Assembly (NCBI GenBank): GCA_043228905.1
Contig: JBHGNT010000014.1
Location: 11,532,001-11,596,000 of the forward strand
DNA length: 64,000 nucleotides
Reading direction: 5' to 3'
Source: Azolla caroliniana
Taxonomy: Eukaryota > Plantae > Polypodiophyta
A program made the translations under genes and the position numbers. The notes under the pieces are model-generated. The model saw only the letters and a program-made list of their open reading frames with translations, was not told where the DNA came from and ran no database searches. Position 1 is the first letter of the stretch; each line of letters starts with the position of its first letter. Below, in pieces: positions 22,215-34,511 of the stretch.

Positions 22215-23268
22215 ATCCTCTTGAGTGATGAAGGTGAACCGGAGTGCTACGAAGAAGCCATTGCCGATGAGCACAGAGAGAAATGGCTGAGCGCGATGCA
22301 AGATGAGATGGAATCCTTGCACGTGAACTACACCTATGACCTAGTAGAGCTACCGAAAGGAAAGAGAGCACTCAGGATTAAGTGGGTCTACAAGGTGAAG
22401 ACTGGAGAAGCCGACAGTGAGCCCAAGTATAAAGCCCGTATAGTAGTGAAGGGTTTGCAACAGAAGAAGGGCGTCGACTTTGACGAAATATTCGCACCAG
22501 TCGTTAAGATGACATCCATTCGAACTGTTCTGAGCATAGCAGCCAGTATGGATCCAAAGATCGAACAATTGGATGTTAAAACCACGTTTCTGCACGGGGA
22601 GCTAGAAGAAGAAATCTATATGCCTCAACCCAAAGGCTTTGAGGAGAGAGGGAAAAGAATCTGGTGTGTCGACTGAAGAAAAGCTTGTACGGTCTAAAAC
22701 AAGCTCCACGCCAATGGTACAAGATATTCTAGTCCTTCATGATGGAACACCGATTCCAGAAAATACAAGCCGATCACTGTGTGTTCGTCAAAAGGTACGA
22801 AGAAGGAGACTTCTTGATTCTTTTGCTATATGTTGATGACATGTTGATAGTCGGTCAAGATACAAGGAAGATTGGAAGCTTGAAGAAAGCTCTCGCCAAA
22901 TCATTTGCCATGAAAGACCTTGGACCGGCTAAATAGATCTTAGGAGTGCACATAGTTCGAGACAGAACTTAAAAGGTGTATGGTTGTCACAACAGAAGTA
23001 TGTGATGAAGATCCTAAAGAGATTTAACATGTCAGATGCAATGTTGGTCGTCTCAGTGTTGCCGACAAATTGCAGATTGAATGCGAAGCAGTGCCCGAAA
23101 GGGGAGAAGGAAAAGGCTGAGATGAAGAAGGTACCATATGCCTCGTCCGTTGGCAGTCTAATGTATGCTATGCTCTGTATGAGACCTGACATAGCATTTG
23201 TTGACTCAGATTCTGTCAATAGAAGACACAACTAACTGACTTCCTCCCACAGGAGTGAAGGGGGAGTT
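22215..23268 (+). pseudogene. B1 RT, with most of RNase H deleted
   Basis: EPECYEEA, LDVKTTFLHG, LLYVDDML and PYASSVGSLMY, then a jump near 23200 to the PPT region. Confidence 0.88.
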
Positions 23269-24234
23269 TGTTGGGAATATGTACCTCAAGTGGGAGGAGG
23301 AACCGACTGTCCATAAGTTGCTGACAATCGATGACTACGAGGAGCCAACTGATCGTACCAAGGAATGCCGACAGTCGAAGACATGGAAGATCCGACTGTT
23401 TGGAAAGTCGACAGTCGAAAACAATGAGTCGACTATCTGATAATTCAACTATGATTATTATAGCAATAATAATAATGATATGTAGTAGAGGCTATATTTG
23501 TAAATAGCCCATACAATGTATAAGTATAAATACATTTAGGGAAAAATGTGAGATAGTAGAACAGTAGTAGCGCGAGAGCGTGAAGAGTGAGTAGAGAGAG
23601 AAACAGAGAGAGAGTGCAGCGCCATAGTTGTGTGCGTAACAGTGTTGAGATACAAGCTCCACGTTGGCCAGATCAGCTGTGCAAGCCGAGAACCGGATTG
23701 GTTGGGATCAATCAGTTAGGCCGGACCCGTGCGTAAACCAGGTGTGTAAACCGGTGTGCAGACCAGTGCGCAACGAGAAGGGGTAGCGGTACGTAAACCA
23801 CGAGCCCGTTGGAAAGATATTCCGCGTAGGAATATATTTTGGGAGTTAGTGTAGAGCTCACTTATGAGCATTGAAGTACGTGTCAGTACTTCTGTCAGTC
23901 CGTATGGACTTGTATAAAAGTGCTCACTAAGCACATCCTATGTATAGATTGAGTATTATTTTTGAATTGAGTTTGTGTGTATTCTCTCTATCTATCTGTC
24001 TCTCCCGCGTACTGTGTATATTCAAGCTCTCCATTAAACCTGCATTTCTGTGTTCGGTTTTCTATTGCTTCCGCACGTTATTCTTTTTACATGGTATCAG
24101 AACGCAAGGGTTGAGAACCTCTGCAGCCAATCTTAGCTCAAGAAAGAAAACCTAACCTTCGCAAAGAACAGGAAAAACAAATGGATAAAGGCATGGCTAG
24201 CTCGCTTCCAACAGAGAACCTCAACAGAAACAAC

Positions 24235-24647
24235 TGTTACCGATTAGGAACACGGTCTGCGGTCAGTCCTTCGACCTAGACCTCCAAGTGATTGTGAAAC
24301 AACGAATGGCAGCGTCTATGCGTAATACGTAGGGGAATGTTCCCCGTAACCTAGCAGCGTATAAGGGAGACGACTACAACCGACTCCTTATCAGTGGTTA
24401 CACACTCACGTTCTTACACTCTCAGGTATTCCAGACACACAGTAGATTAGTCGTAGCTATACACAGATTTTCAGAGAAGATAGAATTCTATTACAATATA
24501 CTTCTTTACATTCCAAAATTACACGCTCCCTCTATCAGAGGCTTTTTTAGCCGTTCACGCTTCCTGCGTGAACCATTACATGTGTTATGATCTTATATTA
24601 TTTCTTATTCCTACGCTCTTGTCCGTCGGTTACTATTCTGGTGGACA
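24235..24647. mobile_element. Solo LTR (413 bp) inserted in A2 gag
   Basis: TGTTAC...GGACA with a perfect TSD ACAAC (24230-24234 and 24648-24652). Confidence 0.88.
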
Positions 24648-25263
24648 ACAACTACATGTCTTGGTCTTACAAGATGCCCTAGTACCTGCTCAGGCATGGT
24701 TACTAGAGCTATGTCGACGGAGCTAATGACACAACACCCGATCCGACAAACAAAGACTTCTCGACTTGGGAACAGCCAGTGAGCAGATTTCTCTACTACT
24801 TCACGTCTTGTGTGGGCGAACAGCTTCTGAGCTATATTCGGGATGCGAAAACGCCGAAAGATGCTTGGGGAAATCTGATGAAGATTTTCGCTGCAAGCAC
24901 CACAGCTAGGAAGCTTCAACTCCGATAGAAGCTGAGCAACTTACGACAACGCAACTTGTTAGTGGCTGATTACACCTCGAAGATCAAAGAGATATGTGAC
25001 TCCTTAGCCTCTGTCGATGTGAACATTGAGGAAGGCGAGATGGTGCAGATCTGTCTCGGGGGACTAGCGTTGAAGTTCGAAGTGTTCCGAACTGCTGTGT
25101 GTAAATGGGAGAATACACCGTTGTTTTTCAACCTACCGTCAATGCTGCTTATAGAGGAGAACCATGTGGGTGTGTCGACGAGCACGCATGACGATAGCAA
25201 GATGCAATACATGGAGGGAGATAGGCCCCGTGGTCGTGGCGGACGAGTCGAGTCGGTGCGCAA

Positions 25264-25515
25264 TGGAGGCGGCCGATGAGATCAAAGAAGAAGGCACTGA
25301 AGTGATGCCAACAGCAATTCCGGACCCTTCGGAAATAGGGGGAGTCGAGGCGACGAGAACCGGCAAAGGAAACCCGTCGCGGAATGCTGGTGGCGGCCGA
25401 GGATATCAAGGAAGATGGCACCGAAGTGATGTCGACAGCAATTCCGAACCCTCCAAAAACTGGGGGAGTTGAGGCGACGAGAACTGGCAAGCGAAACCCA
25501 TCGTGGAATGTTGGT
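25264..25515 (+). repeat. 124-bp diverged tandem duplication in the A2 gag linker
   Basis: GGCGGCCGA occurs at 25268 and 25392, followed by collinear sequence. Confidence 0.9.
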
Positions 25516-26948
25516 ATTGTGGCAAGAAAGGCCACAAGGAGAGCGAGTGTTGGAAGAAGCGCGCCGATTCGGAGAGGACCGGATCTGGATAAGGTTCCAG
25601 ACAAACCGACAGGGGTAATTGGCAACGATCGCACTACATCGAAGGATTCGAGAAAGGGTCAGCCTTCGTGACGAAACACGAAGCGAACTCGATGAAGAAG
25701 TCCACCCCGAAATTGGACAAGGTGTGGTACGTCGACACCAACACATCAAACCACATGACATGCCACAAGGAGTGGTTCTCATACCTTGAGAAACCGATGC
25801 AACCGGGAGTAGTCGCAACCGGAGACGACACTCCGCATCCGATCACGAATGTCGATGAAATTCCCCTAAGCCATGTCGGGTTAAAAGGGAAACTTATGAA
25901 CGTGTTACACATTCCAACAATCATGAAGAACCTAGTGTCGGTCAGACAGATCGTTGACGAGGGGATGCAGGTTCGGTTTACGCATCTCGGCTCCTTCATC
26001 GAGGAAAAAGGCCGAGTTATTGCACAAGGGCGCAGAGACGGGAGGATGTTTATCCTTGACCCTAATGATAGTGGCACCGCAATGTTTGCGAAAGGACAAA
26101 AAGTCAAGTCGGATATCGACTTATGGCACAAGCAGATAGGCCATGTCAACTATCGACGACTTCAGGACCTACAATCGAAACAGGTGGTGTTCGGGTTACC
26201 CAAATTTAGTGGTCGGAAGGCACAAATTTGTGAAGCCTGCTAGCTAGGGAAGCAACACCGACTTTCTTTCCCTAATGAGCGTAACCGGAGCCGGAACAAG
26301 CTCGACTTGATACATTCTTATGTATGGGGGCCAACACAGAACGTTAGTCTTGGCGGGAGTCGATATTTCGTCTCCTTAATCAACAACTATACGCAGCACA
26401 CGTGGATCTACCTCATTGAGAAGAAGAGTGAAGTCTTCGACTATTTCCGGGACCTCAAGAGTTTCGTTAAGAGGGAAACAGGAAGAAAGATCAAGTGCAT
26501 GTGGTTAGATGGCGGAAAAGAGTACTTTTCCGGTCAATTCAACGGGTATCTACAACAGATGGGAATTCGGTGTGAATTCAATTGCAGATATACACCGGAA
26601 CAAAATGGCATGGCCGAAAGGAAGAATCGGTCTATTATAGAAGCGGCGCGGGAAATGCTGGAAGAAAAAAGCTTGCCCAAGTTCTATTGGGTTGAGGCGA
26701 TACGAACCGCGGTGAACATCCAAAATCGGATCGGAGACAAAGTGTCGGCGCATGAGCTGTATTTCGGAAGGAAGTCGAATCTACGACACTTGAGAGTTTT
26801 CGGTAGCATTGCGTATGTGCATGTGCCGAAGGAGAAACGGAGGAAGTTGGACGCGAAAGCTGAGAAGTGTATTTTAGTCGGCTATTCGGACGAGCAAAAG
26901 AGTTATAAGTGGTATAACCCCCGAACTAAACAAGCTCGCGTGAGCTGC

Positions 26949-27192
26949 GATGTTGTGTTTGACAAGTGCGCGTCCTGGTACTAGCTTCCGACTCCGAACC
27001 TCAACTCCAACTTCGGATCTCCAGACCCGAGTTTTGACGATGAGGTCAACGAGGCTGAAATGCCTCCGGATGTTGTGTTTGACAAGTGCGTGTCTTGGTA
27101 CTTGCTTCCAACTCCGAACCTCAACTCCAACTCCAGATCTCCGGACTCGAGTTCTGACGATGAGGTCAGCAAGGCTGAAATGCCTCCGGATG
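26949..27192 (+). repeat. 120-bp tandem duplication at the A2 integrase C-terminus
   Basis: GATGTTGTGTTTGACAAGTGCG occurs at 26949 and 27069, with GATG microhomology at the junction. Confidence 0.95.
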
Positions 27193-29630
27193 ACCGCAAA
27201 ATAAAGACCCTCGATGAGAGTCCGATTTCATTTAAGCTAAATGGACTGAACGAGCGACTGGGTTGATTTGACCAGTCCGAAGAAGAGTCGGCGAGTAGTG
27301 GAGACTCGGCCGTGCATTCCCCACGTAGGAAGCCGAGGAGACGGCTTACACGCAAGGAAAAAGGGAAGAAGAAGGTGTCGGATTATGGCACGGATAGGAA
27401 CGAGTCGGATCGACGTGAGTCCGACTCCGAGGGAAGTGATGACGGCTAATGAGCAATTACGCCGATCTACCCGCCAGAAGAACCCTGTTGTGCGGTTCAG
27501 ATACAATGACTACATGGCGCACCACTATGCATACATGACCCATGTAGTAGAAGTGCGTGAGTCGGAGAGCTACATAGAAGCGGAGAACGACGCAAATTGG
27601 CGTGCCGCAATGAAGGAAGAGATGCGTGTATTGGCGGAAAATGAAACCTGGGACCTGGTTGACGCACCGAAGGGTGTGAAGCCGATCGGATGTAGGTGGG
27701 TGTACAAGGTCAAGTACAACATCGATGGCTCGGTCAACCGCTATAAGGCCCGGTTAGTAGCGAAAGGCTACGCGCAGAAGCATGACATGGACTACGACGA
27801 AACCTTCGCCTATCACGAAGATGACTATTGTGCATGTTCTGCTAGCCGTAGCAGCGGCGAAGGGGTGGCAATTACATAAGATGGATGTAAGGAATGCATT
27901 CTTGCAAGGTGAGCTTGAGGAACAGGTGTACATGGTACAACCCCCCAGATTTCACTCCAGAATGAACACCTCAGCGGTGTGCCGGTTGAAGAAGTCCCTT
28001 TACGGACTAAAGCAAGCCCCGCGTGCCTGGAACGCGAAGATCACGCAATGATTGCATTGGATGGGCTTTGCGACGTCAAAATTGGACTCCTCACTATTCA
28101 TCCGGAAAGGTCGACTCAGGCCGGTTAGCATTTTACTTTATGTTGATGACTTGTTCATCACCGGCGCTGACCTAGGTGAGATTGACCGCGTGAAGCTCCA
28201 ACTGACGGCATCATTCGACATGAAGGATCTGAAGGACCTTCATTACTTCCTCAGGATCGAAGTGATCCATACCCCCGAAGGCATACTAATCAGCCAACGG
28301 CATTACGTGCGTAGTATGCTCTTCAAATTCGGGATGGCTGACTGTAAGTTCGTCTCGACTCCTCTGGATAGAACCGTCAAGCTTCACCCCGATTCCGGAA
28401 AGGTATGCGACCCGATGAGGTTCCGACAGATAGTCGGAAGCCTTATATACTTGACCATCACCCAACTAGATCTCAGCTACCCGGTCGGGGTTATTAGTCA
28501 GTTCATGGTGCGACCTACCGAGGAGCACCATCAGTGTGTGCAACGTGTACTGCGGTACGTAAGCGGCACTAAGGACCGGGGGCTACTATATCAGACTGGT
28601 ACAGCCCCACAGTTGGTCGGCTACATCGATGCTGACTGGCCCGGCAATGCCGCTGATCACAGATCGACTTCCGGTTTTGCGTTCTCTCTTGGGAGTGCCG
28701 CGATCGCATGGAGTAGCAAGAAGCAGCTGACAGTTGCGCTATCGAGCACCGAAGCCGAGTATAAAGGAGCGGTTGTCGCGACATGTGAAGCCATATGGTT
28801 GAAGCGGCTACTTAAGGATTTGTAGGTGGAGGTATCCGATCCAACCACAATCTACTACGACAACCTCAACAGCATCCAGCTAGCAAAGAACCCCATTTTC
28901 CACACCCGGGCTAAGCGCATCGAGTTGCACTACCATTTCGTCCGTGAGCGCGTCCTCTCCGGTGAAGTTGGACTCCAGTATGCTCTAACGGATCAACAGA
29001 CCGCCGATATCTTCACCAAGCCTCTTGGTTTGGACAAGTTGCGGCAATTCTCGGGTGCACTTGGGTTGCGTCACCTCGACGTGCCGAACTTGAGGGGGAG
29101 AGAAGTTCCGGAATACCGCGACGCCAAGTCGGATGACGAATTTGATTTCGGATTGGCTGAAGAAGCCGAGGAGGATCCGCGGAAGATTCCGAAAGTGGAC
29201 ATAAGGGGAGCAGTTGAAAGAAAGAGCAAAAGCCAACCAAGCGTGGGGGAGATGAAGCCATCAAGGGCGAGAAGAACGAAGACGAGTTGGAGATAGCCAA
29301 CTCGGATGAAAGCAAAACCGATCGAAGGAAGCCGAGTCGGTTTGGATGCCTGATTTGGATACGTCGAATCAACTAAGGGCCAAGTGGAATAGAAGGCAGC
29401 AGAAGAAGCGCCAACACCGCGACAACAACGGAGCTGAGAAGGGCCGCACTAGCACGCAAGCCGACCGGAAGGGTGAAGGCGCGCGGAATCAAATAGGTCG
29501 AGGAGCGTAGATCTAGAAGAGCACATGGAACCTCAAATTGAGCTTGAGGGGGAGAGTTGAGATACAAGCTCAACGTGGGCCGGATCGGCTGTGCAAGCGA
29601 GAACGGGATCGGTTGGGATCGATCGGTTAG

Positions 29631-32600
29631 CCTTTGTGATGAAACACGAGGCTAACTCGATGAAGAAGACCACTTCTGAATCGAAGGAAGTGTGGTACGT
29701 TGATTTCGGTGCATCGAATCATATGACGAACCACATAGAGTGGTTCTCTTTCTTGGGGAGAAACCAGAACAACCAGGAGTTGTCGAAACCTAAGACGACA
29801 CTCCACACCCAATTGTGCATGTCGGAGAAGTCCCTTTGAGCCACGTCGGACAGAGGGGGAAGCTGATGAACATATTACACGTTTCGACCATCACGAAGAA
29901 CCTGGTGTCGGTTGGATAGATTTTCGACCAGGGGATGCAGGTGCGGTTTACGCACCTCAGGTGCTTCATCGAGGAAGAGGGCCAAATCATTGCGCAAGGG
30001 CACAGAGACGGGAGGATGTTTATCCTTGACACCAATGACGTCGGCACCGCTTTGTTCGCTAAAGGACAGAAGATTGAATCGGATATCGATCTCTGGCACA
30101 AGCGGATTGGCCACGTCAATTACCAGAGCCTTCAAGACTTGCAAACAAAACAAGTTGTTTTCGGTTTGCCGAAGTTCAGTGGCCAGAAGGCCAAAATATG
30201 TGAAGCCTGCCAACTCGGGTAGCAACATCTGCTTCCATTCCCCACCGAACGAAACCGGAGTCGTAACAAGCTCAATCTAATCCATTCGGATGTATGGGGA
30301 CTAGCAAACAACGTCAATCTTAACAGGAGTCGATATTTCGTCTCCTTCATCGACGACTACAGCCAGCACACATGGATCTACCTCATTGAGCGTAAGAGCA
30401 AAGTCTTTGAGTGTTTCTGAAACCTGCAAAGAGTGGTTGAACGGGAAACGGTGAGGAAGATCAAGTGCCTGCAGTCGGATGGTGGAAAAGAATATTTTTC
30501 CGGCCAATTCAACAATTATCTGCAGCAAAAAGGAATTTGGAGAGAGTTCAGCTGTAGATACACACCGGAGCAAAACGGTGTGGCCAAAAGGAAGAACCAG
30601 TCGATTGTCGATGTGGCAATGTTGGAGGAGAAGAGCATGCCCCATTTCTACTAGGCGGAGGCGGTCTGGACGGCCGTCTACATCCAGAACCAGATTGGTG
30701 ACAAGGTGTCCGCGCATGAGTTGTATTTTGGGCGCAAGCCGAATCTGGGACACCTTCGGATATTCGGTAGCATTGCATATGTGCATGTGCCGGATGAGAA
30801 GCGAAGGAAGTTGGATGCAAAGTCAGAGAAATGCATCCTGGTCGTTTACTCGCATGAGCAAAAGAGGTATGAGTGTTATAAGCCTCAGACAAAGCAGGTC
30901 CGAGTTAGCCGGGATGTTGAGTTTGATGAGACGGCATCATGGTATGCCTTACCAGCTCCGACTTCCGACCCCGACCCAATACCGGAGGATAAGGCTAGTG
31001 AGCCTGAACTGGTCCAGATAGAAGATGGAGACCTCGGCACTCTAGAAGAGAGTCCGATCTCATTTCAGTTAACTGGACCGAATGAGCGGTTGAGTCAAGA
31101 TGACTAGTCAAATGAGGAACCGGCGAGTAATGGAGACTCTGTCGTGCTCTCCCCGCGCAAGGAACTGAGGAGACGGTTAACGCGCAAAGAGAAGGGGAAG
31201 ATGAAGATGTCAGAATACGAAACCAACAACGTTGAGTCGGATCGGGGCGAATCCGGCTCCAGAAAGGATGAAGGCAGATCTTCGGCAACAAAGACCACAC
31301 GAGCCAGGTATGAACATTTTAATTTACGCACTGGCTCTTCTAAACTCCCTCCTCAAATTTGTTGATTTCTTCATGTCTCTCGACCTTAGTTTCAAAATCT
31401 TGATTTTTCAATTCCATATCATAGCTAGCGTTGTGGGCTTCGATTCGCATGTTTGAACAATGAAATCCGAAATCATACGAGCGAGGTATGAATATTTTAA
31501 TTTGCTCAAGGGCTCTTCTCACCTCCCTCCTCAAATTTGCTAATTTCGTCACGAGGGTTCATGTGGTGTTGGCGGTTGATGCGGCAAGGGAGTGACATCT
31601 TCACCAGATGGATGTGAAGAATGCATTTCTTCAAGGAGATCTTGAAGAAGAGGTCTTTATGACCCAACCTCCCGGTTTCCAAACGGAGATGAACAAGTCG
31701 GCGGTATGCCGATTGAAGAAGTCACTTTATGGCCTGAAGCAAGCCCCTTGAGCTTGGAATGCGAATATCACGCACTGGTTGCGTAAGAATGGGTTTGCGG
31801 CCTCCAAGTCTGACTCTTCGTTGTTAATCCGGCAAGGTCCGGATGGTCCGGTTTGCATCTTATTGTATGTTGATGATCTAGTCATCACCAGACCCGGACT
31901 CGATGAAATCAACCGAGTCAAGTTCCAGCTGTCGGACGCATTTGAGATGAAGGACCTGGGGGACCTTCACTATTTCCTTGGGTTCGAGGTGATCCGAACC
32001 CCCGATGGCATATTGCTATCACAGAGACACTATGTGTTGAATATGTTGTACAAGTTCGGCATGACGGAATGTCGTCCTATCTCTACACCCCTGGACCGGA
32101 ACCAGAAGCTCCGTCCCGATTCCAGACCGGCCTGCGATGAGAAGCGGTTCTGACAAATCGTCGGAAGCCTTATATATTTAACAATCACCCGACCTGACAT
32201 CAGTTATCTAGTCGATGTGATCAGCCAATATATGCAGAAGCGGACTGTGGAGCACCTTCTGTGCGCGCATCGAATTTTGCGATATGTGAGCGGCACAAAG
32301 GAACGGGGACTGTTATACCGGCATGGTATAACCGAAGAGCTAGTCGGCTACACCGATGCCGACTGGGCCGGCGATGCATCGGATCACTGATCCAACTCCG
32401 GCTATATGTTTTCCCTTGGTAGCGTGGCTATAGCATGGAGCAGCAAAAAGCAACCAACAGTGGCCCTTTCGAGCCCTGAGGTTGAATACCAGGGCGCCAC
32501 CGTTGCAACCTGTGAAGCCATTTGGCTTCGACAATTCTTGCCAGACTTGCGGATCGAGGTGCCAACCCTGATCCTGATCTACTGCGACAACATAAGCAGC

Positions 32601-33781
32601 ATGCAGCTCGCCAAGAACCCCGTATTCCATGCTCGCACAAAGCACATACAAGTGCACTACCACTTCATGCGTGAGCGTGTTCTGAGCGGTGAAGTTGAAC
32701 TTCGGTATGTTCATACGGATCGGCAAGTTGCCGACATCTTCACTAAACCGCTCAGATCGGACAAGTTGTAGCACTTCACCGAAATGCTTGGTGTTCAACA
32801 TCTCGACATGCCACACTTGAGGGGGAGAGCAAGCAAAGATATTGGAACGGGCAAAGGCAAAGAGACTATCGATTGCGCCGGTGAGGGAAGAACCGACAAA
32901 GGGGGAGACAAGAAGAAGAAAGGTGCCAAGTCGAAACAAGTGGCAACGGCAGCAAAGTCAAGAAGAACAGAGCTGACCGGAAGAAGAAGGCCATGGTCCG
33001 ATGTGGTGAATGGCCTGGAACCGAAAGACGAATCGGGAGCAACCGATTCGGACAAGAGCTGGAACGAAGGATTCGGTTCAACAGACGAATTCGGAAGAAC
33101 CCAATCAATTCAAGGCCAAGAGGACGAGAAGGCAGCGAAAGTCGACGCCAACACGAAGGAATCGGTGAATCGGCAAGCGCCGAATTCACAGCAACGAGGG
33201 AGTTGAATTGGGCCTGTTGACCAGACAAGTCGACCGAGGAGGTCGAGGTGCACAGAATCAGAAGGGTCGCGGCAAACGGGACCGGACCGGACGAGGAGCG
33301 CGAGCAAGGCGGAGTGACGCCAGAAGGAGCCAGCTGGAAGGATCGGCTGTCATAGGGACTGACACTACGATCCGACCTCAAGTTGAGCTTGAGGGGGAGT
33401 GTTGAGTAGCAAGCTCAACTGGATCCGGATCGGCGAGCCGATGAGCAATTGTGCCGGTGAGTTGGGGAGCCGGTTAGCCGGATCCAGCAGCAACCGGAAG
33501 CCTATTAACAGCCTAGGCTACTAGGTAGTTAATGTCTTGTAGTTAGTGTCAGACGCTCGTGTGAGCATTGAAGTACATTGTACTTCTGTCAGTCCATATG
33601 GACTTGTATAAAAGTGTTCACTGAACACATACGATGTACAGATTGAGTATTATTTTGAATTGAGTTTTTTGTGTGCTCTCTCTCTATCTCTCCTGCGTAT
33701 TGTGTATATTCTAAGCTCTGCATTAAACCTGTGTTTCTATGTTCGGTTTTCTATTGCTTCCGCACAACGTATTCTTTCACA
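29631..33781 (+). mobile_element. Copia family A element A3, 5'-deleted, inserted in the A2 3' LTR
   Basis: Begins at the protease (VMKHEANSM, ASNHM) and retains INT, RT and RH remnants. A PPT and 3' LTR 33400-33781 are followed by the last 44 bp of the A2 LTR. Confidence 0.88.
31295..31550. other. Filler insert replacing ~400 bp of the A3 RT N-terminus, with a ~75-bp direct repeat at both ends
   Basis: ACGAGC.AGGTATGAA.ATTTTAATTT...CTCCCTCCTCAAATTTG occurs at ~31298 and ~31476. No equivalent sequence in A1. Confidence 0.75.
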
Positions 33782-34062
33782 CTGTGTTCGGTTTTCTATT
33801 GCTTCCGCGTGCTATTCTTTTTCCAAACAGCTGACGCCAAGAGCCCCGCGTGGCTGATACACTCGTAAGAGTGCTATAACATACCCTCTGTTGTATATCC
33901 ACTATACAGTGAAGTTCTGTTCTCCGTGGTTTTCTCCCGTTTTAGGGTTTCCACGTAAATCTCTATGCACTATTGTTTATCTTGTCTCTCTCTGGCATAT
34001 TGGTGTGATTCGTATTTCAGCATAGTTTGTTTATTGCAATTTGATCGAACGATTTCTCAACA

Positions 34063-34511
34063 GAATAAACCGACTAGTCCGGATAACAGCAGAACACAGA
34101 ACGGAGGTTTAATGGAAAGCTTGAATACACGGGGGAGACATAAAGAGCAAAATAGTAAACTCAATTCAAAATAATCACACTATGTACATACAAATGTTCT
34201 ACAGAACACTTTTTATACAAGTGCTTAAAAGGACGAACTAAAGTATTAACATGTACTTCAATGCTCATACGAGCGACTGACACTAACTCCAAGGAATATG
34301 CCTACATACTAGGCTTGGACCGTAGGCTCCAATGACCTAACAGTTCTCACTATTCCAGAGTACAATCCAGTTCTCGAGTCCGGCTCTAGGTTCTAGATAC
34401 CGATATATCTAGACATCGATCCGGGTACCTATCTGGTTCTCCATTCCGGATACTGATCCGGCTCTAGCTTATTCAACCTATCCGGATCTAGTTGAGCTTG
34501 CCCGATCAACA
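34063..34511 (-). repeat. Family A LTR on the minus strand, 3' end cut by B1
   Basis: The minus strand begins TGTTGATCGGGCAAGCTCAAC and contains GAGCATTGAAGTACA and TATAAAAAG. No PPT upstream, so it is a 5' or solo LTR. Confidence 0.8.

Larger units (their letters stand above)
23643..33825 (+). mobile_element. Copia family A element A2, inserted in the B1 3' LTR, degraded
   Basis: 5' LTR 23643-24091 and PBS TGGTATCAGAAC. 3' LTR pieces lie at 29555-29630 and 33782-33825. Perfect TSD AACAG at 23638-23642 and 33826-33830. Confidence 0.9.
13778..34062 (+). mobile_element. Copia family B element B1 (Tnt1/Tto1-like), degraded, hosting nested family A insertions
   Basis: 5' LTR remnant 13778-13855, degenerate PBS TAGTATCAGAAC, gag-PR-INT 13885-16330 and RT 22215-23200. 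The 3' LTR is split into 23269-23642 and 33826-34062, and its end matches the 5' remnant. Confidence 0.88.

Noticed and set aside
33938-33955. TTTAGGG as telomeric sequence linked to the PLE
   Set aside because: Only single units occur, inside family B LTRs. There is no array and none at the PLE junctions.
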